A DNA stretch of 64,000 nt from Thecamonas trahens ATCC 50062 (lineage: Eukaryota; Protista; Apusomonadida). Within the stretch, counting starts at the first letter, position 1, and each line of letters starts with the position of its first letter. The stretch lies in NCBI RefSeq assembly GCF_000142905.1, contig NW_013657670.1:211498-275497 (forward strand), read 5' to 3'. The translations under genes and the position numbers were made by a program. The notes beneath the pieces are model-generated. The model did not search any database, had not been told where the DNA came from, and saw only the letters and a program-made list of their open reading frames with translations. This document shows, one piece after another, positions 46,765 to 56,798 of this stretch.

Positions 46765-48958
46765 TCACCTCCGCTTCTTCTTGTTCTTCTTGTTCCGCTT
46801 CTTGTTGTTTTTCAGCTTACCACCGCCGTTTCCGCCGTTGTACGTGTCGTCGGAGGCAGCAGCGCCCTGGGTCGAGGTGTTGATGTTGCGGCCGCCGCGG
46901 TTGCGGCGCCCACGCGAGCGCGAGTTGCGGAAGTTGGGCCGGTCGCGCATGGGGGTCCACCGGTGCGGGTTGGGCGCGCGCGATGGGTCAAAGTTCTTTG
47001 CCGGCGGGTTCTTCTTCTTCTTGCGCTTGCGAACGAGCTTGGCCGGGCGGGCAGTCGATGCGCTGGCAGCGCCGGCGGCAGCCGACGAGTCGGCGGCGTC
47101 GCCCGACGTCGCTGCGCCAGCCTCCGACTGCTTGCCCTTGCGAGCTCCGCTCGTCCGCTTCGGGGCGCCGAGGACAGAGGCGATGAGCGCGTCGGCATTG
47201 CCTGCAGCCGGTGTCGGCTGCGGGAGGGCGGTGGCGGCGAGCTCGGCCTTGTCGGGGTCGGCAAAGGCGAGAGCCTTGACAAGCTTGGCCCGGAGGAGCT
47301 GCGAGTTCGGCGCAAGATCCAGGAGCTTGGAGAGCAGAACCGTGGCCTGCGCGGCCTTCCCGCGCCCGAGCAGAAACTCGGCGGCGCCCTCAAGGAGCTC
47401 GGGGCAATCACCATTGGCCTCGACCGCGGTCTCGATGACCTCGAGCGCGCCGGCGGCATCGCCGACTGCCTCCAACAGCGCCGCGTGCGTGCCGACAAAC
47501 GCGGGTGTGTACCGAATCTCGTCAAGTCCCTCGGCGGCAAGCATCTCAAGCACCTCGTCCCACTTCTTGTTGTTGTACGCGTTCTGCGCCGCCACCAGGA
47601 GGCTCGCGGTCTCGTCGACATCGCGCGCTGCCGCCAGCGTCGCCTCGACCTTGCTCATCTTGTTTTCGCGCGCATACAGCGTCGCAAGGATAAAGAGCGG
47701 CGTCACAAGCGTCGGCTCGCCCTTGCGCATCTCGTCGATGAGCGCCCGGCACTGCTCAAACTTGCCCATGTACATAAACAGCAGCGCCCGGTTGAGCGCA
47801 ATTGCCTGCTGCTGCGCCTTGGTCAGCCGCCGCCGCAGCACCTCGGCCGACGCCTTGGACGACTTCTTCATCGAGTCAAACAGGTCAGCCGTCTGCCGCA
47901 GGCACGTGATGTTGTTGTTTGCCACCGCGAGTACCGTGTCGTCGTTCAGCGACGCCTCCACTAGCTGCGCGTACACCGACGCCGCCTCCTCGCTCCGCCC
48001 GCTCAGCTGGTACACGTAACCCAGCTGTGCACGGATGACTGCAACCTCTTCCTCGATCTCGTCCTCGGTAAACCCATCCCCTGCAAGCACCTCGGTCGCC
48101 ACGGAAATCGCCTCGTGCAGACCGGCCTCTGCGCCCGCAAGGTCGCCCGCCGCAATCGCACGTGTCGCTTCGTTGTAGAGCAGCTCAAACCCTTCGCGCG
48201 CCTCCTTCTTGCTCAGCTGCAGATCCATGCTCGAGCCCACAGTCGACGCCGCGTAGTTGGCCTTGAGCTCAATCGGCACCGCTCCGTAGTTGGGATCAAG
48301 CAGCAGCGACCGGTACAGCATCAGCGCCTCGTCGTACTCCTCCAGTTTGTACAGCACCTGCGCACGGAGCTCCTTGAACGGAATAGCCTCACCCTCGGAC
48401 GCCTCCAGCGACGAGAGCAGCTCGCGTGCCTCCTCAAACGCAGACTGCCGGTACAGGCAGTACGCATGCTCAAACGCAAGCTCCTTCGAGAGCTCCGGTG
48501 TGAACAGGTCCGCAGCCTTATCTGCCTGCCGCTCCAGGAGCAGCAGCGAGATGTACGCCCATCGCGTCTCCTTGCACGGGTCGGCCTCAAACACTGAACG
48601 GTCGCCCACCGCCTCGCTCACCCGTGAGTGGACCTCGCACGCTCGTCCTCTCGCCCTCTTCTTTCTCCCTCCAGCCACAACTTGGCTCTCCTCTGTACCC
48701 ACCCCACCCCGCCTGCCCTTCCTTGCCTTGCACCTCCCCACCGCCTCGGCCACGACGGTCAACGCCGCCACCCGGCCCGGTTCCCTGCCCCTGACCTCGA
48801 AAATCAAACAAGAGGAACACGGACCGCTTGCCCCCTCCCCTCCTCCTTCCTCTCCCCTCTCCAAACATACGCTGCTTGCACACAGAGAGCGCAGCCTTGT
48901 ACGCGTGGTTCTCGATGTGGTGTTGGAGCTTCTGGTACTTGGCTGCCGTTCCCGACAT
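46765..48958 (-). CDS. SRP72: Signal recognition particle subunit SRP72; exons 48958-48871 and 48593-46765
   Basis: LAFEHAYCLYR, ELRAQVLYKLEEY, FELLYN, EIEEEVAVIRAQLGYVYQL, AVANNN, and the RNA-binding tail KKKK.P.KNFDP...PNPHRWTPMRDR. Confidence 0.92.
48594..48870 (-). other. Spliceosomal intron of SRP72 (277 nt)
   Basis: GTATGT ... ACTCAC (48629-48624) ... TTCAG. Phase 1, compatible on both sides. Confidence 0.8.
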
Positions 48959-49090
48959 CCTGCTCCACCTCGTCGAGTCGTGTGGCCACTCCCGCCGCGA
49001 CTACCCTCCCCACCCCACCAGCCGCCCTCGCCCACCCAATTCGCAGCCGACTCCCGGTCTCCGGCCACCGCTCTCCCGTCTTGCCCAGCC

Positions 49091-49646
49091 ATGTCGTTCT
49101 CGTTCTCTGGCCCAGACTACAAGGGCACCGAAGAGTCGACCTTCCCGCAGGCACGCGTCCGCAACATCATGAAGGCCGACCCCAACGTCAAGTCGGTCTC
49201 CTCTTCGGCCCTCTTCCTCGTCTCTCGTGCCACCGTAGGTGTTACCCTCCCCCCCTTCGCTTGTCCCACGTAGATTCATTCTCATTCACTCTCTCTTCCC
49301 CCCACCCCGCCACCACCACTCACCCCGGGCCACCCACGTCCCTCGCCGGCACCTGTGTGGACTGCAGGAGATGTTCCTTGAGCACCTCACCATTGCCTCT
49401 CTCCAAAACGTTGCACTGCGCAAGGAGGGTGGCAAGAAGACCATCATGTATCAGGACGTCGCCGCGGCTGTCCGCGAGCGCGACGAGCTCGAGTTCCTGG
49501 ACGACATTGTTCCCGATCCCATCACGGTCGAGCAGCTGGAGGCCACCCGTGCAGAGTATCCTCTTCTGCCTACCTCGACCGCTACCGAGGCGGCTGGCGC
49601 ACAGCCTGCTGCTGCATCCACGGCAGGCGCGGCAGCCTCCACATAA
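49091..49646 (+). CDS. H2A-like histone-fold protein (CHRAC1/POLE4/Dpb3 type); exons 49091-49234 and 49368-49646
   Basis: FPQARVRNIMKADPNV..ALFLVSRAT|EMFLEHL..KKTIMYQDVAAAV..LEFLDDIVP. Confidence 0.88.
49235..49367 (+). other. Spliceosomal intron of the histone-fold gene (133 nt)
   Basis: GTAGGT ... ACTCAC (49318-49323) ... TGCAG. Phase 0, restores ATEMF. Confidence 0.88.
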
Positions 49647-49665
49647 ACCACGCGTTTACCAACAG

Positions 49666-52600
49666 CTACGGGTACAGGATGCGCGCAAAGAGCTCGTCAT
49701 GAGCGCGATGGGCCGCCATACGCGCAATCCACGCCGGCATCGGGTGGGAGCGTCCTGGCATGCTCGCAAAGAGCGCGGGCTTGGCGGCAAGGACGCGCTC
49801 AAACGCCGCGCGGCCGAGGGCGGAGACCTCGTCGTCGCTGATCGGCACAAAGCCGCCGAGCCGCGCCACAGCCGGCGCCTCTTCACCGCGCCGGCGCACG
49901 AGCCGGACCGAAAACTCGATAGTCCGCTCCATCACTTGCGCCACAAACTGCGGCTTGAAAACTGCTAGCGCCCGCACGTGGCAATAGAGCTTCATCGCCG
50001 CGAGTACAAAGGCTTGGAAGACGTTGAGAGCCACCGTCTCGCGCGAATTGATTCCTCCGTCCAGCAGCAGCGCCACCAGCCGCGGCTTCATGTACTGATA
50101 CATCTTGTCCTGCAATGAGAGTGCACTCGGCCCGCTCGCACCGAGACTCAGCGACTCGGAGACGTGAGTTCCGAGGTACCGCCCGTAGTCGGCGCGGACC
50201 TCGCCACTCGCCATCGAGAGGAACAGCCCACACCACGGGAGGAACTGCTCGTCAGCAGACTCGTCGACAGCGCCTGGCAGGACCACAAGACTCTTGCTCT
50301 CTACAGCCGTGCATGGAAAGCTCGCCGTCGTCTTACCGCCATGAACCTCAACGCCGTACACCTTGACCCGCTCCGAGTGCATCCGCGCCACAAACGCGCG
50401 CGCTGCGTCGGCGTTTGGCGTGAGAAACAGAAAGTCGTCGATGAGGTGCAGAAGGAGGGCAGGCCCGCCTGCAGCCTCGAGGCCGGCAAGGACTTTGGCG
50501 TGCAGATCCGCGTAGACTCGCGAGCAGAGAAAGGCCGAGAGAACCGAGCCCTGCGGAATGCCCTTGATCTGCCGGTACATCCGTGAGTTGAGCGAGACGT
50601 AGTTGGCCGTGACGTGCTCGCGGATGCGCTCTTCCAGCTCGCGCGCCTCCTCGGTCGAGTACACCACGCCGTCGGTAAAGACCGTGTTCCGCCCGCGCGG
50701 CGCCAGTGACTCGCTTGCCAGTTGGCCAAATGGCGTAAACTCGTCGCTCGGCCGTGCCCGCCGGTGCCACCGCGTCCGGATCGCCCCGCCACCCACGTAC
50801 GTTGACGAGTACCGGAGCACTGTGTACGCCTCTTCGCGGAGAAGCTCGCCGGTTGCACGCACCACAACCTCGTGCGGGAGCGAGTCAAACGCGCCCGACA
50901 CATCCAGCGCAACCGCAAAAAGCTTGCTACCCTCGGCTCGCTCGCCTAGCACTCCAGAGAGCCTTGCGTCGGCCACAAACGGCTTGTACTTGGCGTACAC
51001 GTCCGAGTAGCCAAAGACCGATCCGCAGAGCAGCGACTCGTCGTCAGCCCGCGCCCGCTCAAAATTGAGAACCTGAAGGACCGGGAGCAGCGCCTCGTTG
51101 ACACTCTTCACACGTCCAAACTTGCTCCCACTCGCGCTCGTCCGCACAAGAGCAGCCTCGGCGCCGCTCGGTTGCCGTGACAGGTTCATGATCGGCCGCA
51201 TCGCCTTGGCCTTGGGCAGGAACCGCAGCGAAGCAAAGCCAAAGCCACGACGCGCCACCGCCGCACCAGCCTCAGCCGGCGACGCTGGGGCAAGAACGCT
51301 CGTCTCCAGTTCGCGAGTCGCCAGCTTGACAAGTCGAGCCCACACTGCGTTGCGGTAGTAGAAGATCCGCGCCTTGTGCGCGGCAGACTCGGTGACGTAA
51401 AAGTGGTCCGCAAGCAGTGGCACCACAAGGCCGTCAAACACAAACCGCACCACCCGCCGGAGGGCGTCTCGCCCGAGCCCGACGACCTGAGCCAACCAAG
51501 AGCCCTTCACCTTGGTCGCCATTCCTTCCATCGCCCATCCGAGGCCAAACGTCTCGTGCCGGTTGCCGCATACAAACTGTGCCACCTTGCCCATCAGCAC
51601 TCGCCAGTTGGCCTGGCCGCCCACCAGTTCGCGCGGCAAAATGATGCCGAGCACGCACTGCACAAACGACACTACTGAACTGTGTGGCGAGAACTGACCA
51701 AGCAGCTCGCGCATGCTCGCATCCTCGCCGTCTGCACTCCGCCGCTCGGGGTTCGCGCAATGCTTCTCGAGGCACGCTTGCCAGCACACCCGGCGGGCCC
51801 GCTGCAGCATCTCGCCTACCAGTTGGCGGAGCAATGGCGACTTGGTCACGCGCCGTGGCGCTCGCCCGGTCTCGGACTGGCTGCTGGTTCCGCTCCGCAC
51901 AAGCCAGCCAGTGTGTGGACCGTCATTGCCGAAAATCATGTCGATAGCCACAAGTTCCTTGCCTTTGCCAACAAGCACGCAGTGCTGCGGGTGGAGCCCC
52001 GGGCGCGGGCGAAACTGCTGTCGGTAGAAGATCCGTATGCGCTCGAGGAGGACCCGCGGCTGCACCCGGCGAGGCCGCGCCCCGCTCTCCTCGACTTGCG
52101 TGTCACTGCCGAGTAGCTTGGCTCGCTTCCGCCGCTTGCGCCGTGCAGCGGCCCGAGTCAAGCTAGGCCTCGCACTCGCGCCAGTTTGCAGCTGCTCTTC
52201 GCTGCCTCGTCGCACCCGCTTCCGCGTTCGCGCTCGCTTGCCACTGGCAGGTGGAGCCAGTTCACCACCGACAGACGGTCTGGTCCGCGCTGCCCAGATC
52301 CGCCGCGTCAGTGGCTCGCCTGCAACCTGCAGGTAACACTTGTTCTCGAGCGCGGTAAAGAGCGAGGTGAAGAGCAGGAGGAAGACCATGGCGTCGTCGC
52401 CAATCCGTGCCAGCAAGGCACGCCACGGCTTGGCGCACAGCGTCATGTGCAGCGTGTTGGGGTAGTGGCACTCGACGCCGTACACACCAACAATGCCGCG
52501 CCCGGCAGAGTTCCCGCTCAGCCGCCGGTGCCCGAGCGCAAGCACATGGTGCGTGCCCCAGAACGAGTCACTGCTTTCGCGCTGTCGGAACAGCTCCGTC

Positions 52601-52920
52601 AGCACCACCTTGAGAACTTGCAGCATGTGCCACGCCGGTGCCACACTCTCGCTGCACGATCCGCGCTCCGAGAGCACCGGCGCAGCAGGCGTCTTGTCGT
52701 CCCAACACACCAGCGTCGTATCCAGCAGCTGACCTACTCCGCCGTCGTCGGCCACTCCGTCGTCCACCTCCCGCCAGCCCATGACCTCGACGAGGTACCT
52801 CCCCAGTCTTGCCCTGTGTTGGTACGTTTTGCGCAGCACCTGGATCGTTGTCCCCTCCTCGGTCCCAGCTCGTGGCATCGCCACGAGTCGAGCACCAGCC
52901 GCGCCGCCGCCATCGCCCAT
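49666..52920 (-). CDS. TERT: Telomerase reverse transcriptase (apparently intronless)
   Basis: TEN/GQ (WRALLARIGDD..YLQVAGEPL), T motif FYVTE..RIFYYR..VW, motifs 1/2 LRFLPK..MRPIMN, A DVSGAFDSL, B' GIPQGSVLS, C LIDDFL, E PWCGL. Confidence 0.95.
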   Translation of the reverse strand: MGDGGGAAGARLVAMPRAGTEEGTTIQVLRKTYQHRARLGRYLVEVMGWREVDDGVADDGGVGQLLDTTLVCWDDKTPAAPVLSERGSCSESVAPAWHMLQVLKVVLTELFRQRESSDSFWGTHHVLALGHRRLSGNSAGRGIVGVYGVECHYPNTLHMTLCAKPWRALLARIGDDAMVFLLLFTSLFTALENKCYLQVAGEPLTRRIWAARTRPSVGGELAPPASGKRARTRKRVRRGSEEQLQTGASARPSLTRAAARRKRRKRAKLLGSDTQVEESGARPRRVQPRVLLERIRIFYRQQFRPRPGLHPQHCVLVGKGKELVAIDMIFGNDGPHTGWLVRSGTSSQSETGRAPRRVTKSPLLRQLVGEMLQRARRVCWQACLEKHCANPERRSADGEDASMRELLGQFSPHSSVVSFVQCVLGIILPRELVGGQANWRVLMGKVAQFVCGNRHETFGLGWAMEGMATKVKGSWLAQVVGLGRDALRRVVRFVFDGLVVPLLADHFYVTESAAHKARIFYYRNAVWARLVKLATRELETSVLAPASPAEAGAAVARRGFGFASLRFLPKAKAMRPIMNLSRQPSGAEAALVRTSASGSKFGRVKSVNEALLPVLQVLNFERARADDESLLCGSVFGYSDVYAKYKPFVADARLSGVLGERAEGSKLFAVALDVSGAFDSLPHEVVVRATGELLREEAYTVLRYSSTYVGGGAIRTRWHRRARPSDEFTPFGQLASESLAPRGRNTVFTDGVVYSTEEARELEERIREHVTANYVSLNSRMYRQIKGIPQGSVLSAFLCSRVYADLHAKVLAGLEAAGGPALLLHLIDDFLFLTPNADAARAFVARMHSERVKVYGVEVHGGKTTASFPCTAVESKSLVVLPGAVDESADEQFLPWCGLFLSMASGEVRADYGRYLGTHVSESLSLGASGPSALSLQDKMYQYMKPRLVALLLDGGINSRETVALNVFQAFVLAAMKLYCHVRALAVFKPQFVAQVMERTIEFSVRLVRRRGEEAPAVARLGGFVPISDDEVSALGRAAFERVLAAKPALFASMPGRSHPMPAWIARMAAHRAHDELFARILYP

Positions 52921-53198
52921 GCGCCGCCGAGCACTACGCCAAGCACCACAGTCGCAGTCAGCCTCGCCACCCGGACCAGCCTCGCCACTCGAGTCCGCCT
53001 CGCGCACTCCCCCCGCGCCCACCTCGCTGCTTTCAGCGAGAGGTGTAGGTGTAAGGTTGGCGGCGCAGGGTGTGGTGTGGGTGTGGTGGCGTATTGCTGG
53101 TGTTGGGGACACAGGGTGGGCCCAGCCCCAGCCACCACCTCTCTCCCCCCCCCCCCCCCCTTCCTCCTCCCCCTCCTCCTCTTTGTTCTTGTCCGGCT

Positions 53199-56100
53199 AT
53201 GGCCAGCGCTGGTGACGCCACGGGTGCCCCACTCATCGTGTCGGACACGTTCCAGGTGGTGCCGCCGGCCGCCGGCTGCCGCTGCGCCAAACTGCCGTCC
53301 GGCCGGTGCTCTGCCTGTGCCGTCCCGCATGCCATGTACCTGGAGAACCTGCCGTCCGAGCGCGGTTGGTTTGCCGGCTATCTTCTTGCCGGGCACGCCT
53401 CCTCGCCGGTCGACGTCTTCTACCTTGCCGACTCGCTGCCTGACGCCGAGTCTGCTGCCGACTGGCACCCATCGACCCATGCCGCAGCCACACCGTACGC
53501 CTTTATGCTCGCCTTTGAGGGCGATGTTGCTGGCACCAAGGGCGGATCGCCAGCTGTCGTCCGAGTTGTTCGATGGGCCGCCTCGGGATGCTCGTACTTT
53601 CGCCTCGCGCTCGCCAAACGCAAGAAGAAGGCCCGCGCCAATCTCAAGGCTATCCTTGCTGCGCTGGACCCACCACTTGCTACCCGCGCCTCCGCCTTTC
53701 ACCATGCCTTGCTCCCAATAAGCAACGACGAGACTGGTGAGGAGGACACAGATTTGGCCAAGCTGCTAGCCTCGGCTAAGCGCGACTTTGCCGCTGTCGA
53801 GGTCGAGACGGTTCCGCACCTGCTCAAGATCGGCGTGCTCCTTGCTTTGCCTGGCCAGGTGGACCAGAGCGAGATCTTGGGCAACAGCCAGGCGACGCCG
53901 GCCTTTGCCGAGTTTCTGGATTGCATCGCCGAGCGGGTTGCGCTCGCCGGCCTCGAGCGCTGGCACGGCCGCCTCGACGCCTCGGGCCTCGACCGCACCG
54001 GGACGCATACGTATGTGACAACATGGAAGCCGCACAACGTCGAGGTCTTGCTCCATGTCGGGACCGAGCTGCCAGACGAACCAAGCTCCACCCAGCACAT
54101 CGCCAAGAAGCGCCACATCGGCAATGACCGTGTCATTCTCGTCTTTGTTGACGACGAGTCGTCGGCGTCGTCGTTTGATCCTAGCACAGTGACGACAGCC
54201 TTTGGCGCCGTCTTTATTGTTGTCCAGCCACTGCCGCGCAGCCCGACAGCACCGCGCCGGTACCGGGTCTGGGCCGCGACCAAGTCAGGCATCCCTCCTT
54301 TCCTGCCGCTCCTCCCACCGTCGCGGGTTGTTGCTGCCGCGCACCTCCGCGCCGTCATTCTCTCGCTTGCTTACAACGGGCGCGCCGCATCATGGACGGC
54401 GCAAAGAACAGCCGACACCACCCGGTTTCTCCTTACCATGGCCTTTTGCAAGCTTCGGGCCATCTCCCACCCAGCCGAGCGCGCCGCGCTGCTTGCGCCC
54501 CGGTCGGCAGCCATGTCGTCAGCGTACACGCCGGCGCCACCGTCAGACTGGCCTGTCCAGCGGCGGCCGGTTGCCACCGTCGCTCTTGCACCTCCGCTTG
54601 CGGTCAACCCTGCGTTCTCGATTCGCCCGCTCAAGGGCCGACTTGCCTCCTCGGGACTCAAGACTGGCCTCGAGGTTACCCCGCTCTGTGACCTCGTCGA
54701 TGGCTACGCCGCCGTGACCGGCCTCGGCCTCGTCTCGTCGGTCTCGGGCGAGCCCGTTTTTCGCGCCGAGCTGGTGAGTCATCTGCGGACGTGGCGCTCG
54801 TCTGCGTCGGCCACCTTTGTTCTCGCCTTTCTCGCCGGCAAGTCGGTGGCCAAGGCCGAGCTCCACATTCTCTGGCTTGCATCCGGCTCGAACCCGACAC
54901 CTGTGGTCAGCAGCGTGCCAGAGACACGCGGCGCGCATGCGCTCGCACTGGTGAGCAATCCTGACCGCCGCAAGGACGGCTTTGTCCTTGCCATCGGCCT
55001 ACCCAAGCATCAGCTGGCGCTCTTTGCTTCGGACCCGGCCTCCAAGTCTGTCCGTCGCTTTCACGTCGAGGACGTGCCCGGCGCCGTCACCTCCCTCGCC
55101 TTTCACCGCACACTCCTCTTTGTGGGCCTCGACAACGGAGTCATCCTCCGCGCAAATCTGGCGACCGGCCTTGAGTTTGTTCCGCTCGCGCTCAGCAATC
55201 CGCCGTCAGCCGCAGTCTCGTTTCTCGGCGTGGCACCTACAGCTGCCGTCCTGGTCGCCGGCTACGACGGCGGCATGAGCCTCGGCATCCCACTTGCGGC
55301 CGATCCTCGTCAGCGGGTGGCCTCACTCTGGCGCAATCGGCCCTCCACTCCCGAGCCGCACTATGCCGTGTTTGGCCAGTCCGACCTCGTGCTCGTTGCC
55401 GGCGACTTGGCCCTCGATGTCTACGCGGCGCTTTCGGGCGCCCATCTAGCGTCGCTCATCGAGCCTGCCACTGACGCGAGCATTCCGTCGCCGACTCGTC
55501 TCGCCGCCTACCGTCTAAGCTCGCAGCCTGCGCCCACGGCCACCGTCTTTGCCTGGGATGCGGAGGCCAAGGCCACACGCATCTGGCATGTCACCACGGT
55601 TGACTCGGGCATCACCGACGAGCGCCCCGGCCGTGGCAAGATCACGCGGTTTGCCGAGGCCGAGCCTCAATTTGAGCCTCAGCCTGCGGCCGAGGCCGAG
55701 TCTGAGGCAGAGGCAGAGGCGAAGACTGAGGCCGAGGCCGAGACTGAGGTCGAGTTCGAGCCTGGCAGTGGAAACCATGGTGTGCTTGTTGTCGACGCGG
55801 ACCAACCGCTGGTCATGAGCTCCAACTCAATCTCGCCGCCATTATCGCCGCCACTCTCCCCATCGTCGGCATCGCTTCCTAGCCCTGAACCTCGTCAAGT
55901 GCTGTCGCCTTCATCGCTGCCTGCGCCTGCGCTCGTGGAGCAGAGCGAGACCAGAGCTGAGCGGCGGTCGCGATCGAAACGTGCCAAGCGTGGATACGAG
56001 GTTGTGGAGCTTTTGGCTGCGCCGCTGGCGACCAGTCATGGCGACGCTGTCGCAGCAGCTGCAGATGCCGACGCTGACGAGACTGAATCGTCTTCGTCGG

Positions 56101-56798
56101 CAAGCATGCCCGAGTGTGGACTGTCGTCGATTAGCGGTTTGTCGTCTGGAGGACGAGGCCCGAACTCGCAGAGCCCGGACGAGTCTGATGCCAGCGACAT
56201 TGTCGTTGACGTCCCTCTCACGCCCCCGCCTGCCGAGCTCCACACTCTTGCCTCGCGCTACTTTATCCCTCCGACGACTCGGTTTGAGGAGGGCTCGCCA
56301 CTGCACGACCGCGAAATGGAGATCCTCAAAGTGGCGCGGCAGCGCGAGCTGGCCGACCAGATGCGGGCACGCATCATGCCCGCGGCCGAAATTGCGTCGT
56401 CGCCCCTGAGCCTGCGGCAGCCCGACGACTCACCGCCACAAGCTCAAGCTGCGCCCAAGCTACTCGCACGCGAGGCCGAGACGGCACAACCCACGCCAGA
56501 AGGACGGCGGCGGATCCGGCGGCGGCGCGCTTTGCCGGCTACGGCCTCGGCCTCGGCCTCGGCATCACCGTCGGCGGCAGCGGCAGGGGCGGTAGCTCCA
56601 AAGCCGGCTCGCCGGCGTCCCCCTCTGCTCCCAGCTCGCCGGTCGCCAGTGTGCGGTATGACACTCGTGGCGCAGGCATTGCCAACAAGTACCGGCTGGA
56701 CACTTCTCGGGCGCTTGGCATTCTGGCGTCGATCCGCCGGGCGGTGGCGGATGCCGATCTTTAACTCTTTCACCGCACCTTGGCGAGTTACAGTGTAA
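53199..56798 (+). CDS. Rap-GAP domain protein with a downstream CNH-like region (GARNL3-like); C-terminus uncertain
   Basis: KIGVL..GQ..EILGN..AFAEFL, GRLD..TGTHT, HVGTELP and the catalytic KKRHIGND. A beta-propeller-like middle region and a low-complexity tail follow. Confidence 0.82.
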   Translation: MASAGDATGAPLIVSDTFQVVPPAAGCRCAKLPSGRCSACAVPHAMYLENLPSERGWFAGYLLAGHASSPVDVFYLADSLPDAESAADWHPSTHAAATPYAFMLAFEGDVAGTKGGSPAVVRVVRWAASGCSYFRLALAKRKKKARANLKAILAALDPPLATRASAFHHALLPISNDETGEEDTDLAKLLASAKRDFAAVEVETVPHLLKIGVLLALPGQVDQSEILGNSQATPAFAEFLDCIAERVALAGLERWHGRLDASGLDRTGTHTYVTTWKPHNVEVLLHVGTELPDEPSSTQHIAKKRHIGNDRVILVFVDDESSASSFDPSTVTTAFGAVFIVVQPLPRSPTAPRRYRVWAATKSGIPPFLPLLPPSRVVAAAHLRAVILSLAYNGRAASWTAQRTADTTRFLLTMAFCKLRAISHPAERAALLAPRSAAMSSAYTPAPPSDWPVQRRPVATVALAPPLAVNPAFSIRPLKGRLASSGLKTGLEVTPLCDLVDGYAAVTGLGLVSSVSGEPVFRAELVSHLRTWRSSASATFVLAFLAGKSVAKAELHILWLASGSNPTPVVSSVPETRGAHALALVSNPDRRKDGFVLAIGLPKHQLALFASDPASKSVRRFHVEDVPGAVTSLAFHRTLLFVGLDNGVILRANLATGLEFVPLALSNPPSAAVSFLGVAPTAAVLVAGYDGGMSLGIPLAADPRQRVASLWRNRPSTPEPHYAVFGQSDLVLVAGDLALDVYAALSGAHLASLIEPATDASIPSPTRLAAYRLSSQPAPTATVFAWDAEAKATRIWHVTTVDSGITDERPGRGKITRFAEAEPQFEPQPAAEAESEAEAEAKTEAEAETEVEFEPGSGNHGVLVVDADQPLVMSSNSISPPLSPPLSPSSASLPSPEPRQVLSPSSLPAPALVEQSETRAERRSRSKRAKRGYEVVELLAAPLATSHGDAVAAAADADADETESSSSASMPECGLSSISGLSSGGRGPNSQSPDESDASDIVVDVPLTPPPAELHTLASRYFIPPTTRFEEGSPLHDREMEILKVARQRELADQMRARIMPAAEIASSPLSLRQPDDSPPQAQAAPKLLAREAETAQPTPEGRRRIRRRRALPATASASASASPSAAAAGAVAPKPARRRPPLLPARRSPVCGMTLVAQALPTSTGWTLLGRLAFWRRSAGRWRMPIFNSFTAPWRVTV

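Noticed and set aside
49666-52920. Reverse transcriptase as a retroelement
   Set aside because: It has the TEN and T motifs of TERT, with no endonuclease, integrase, LTRs or target-site duplication.
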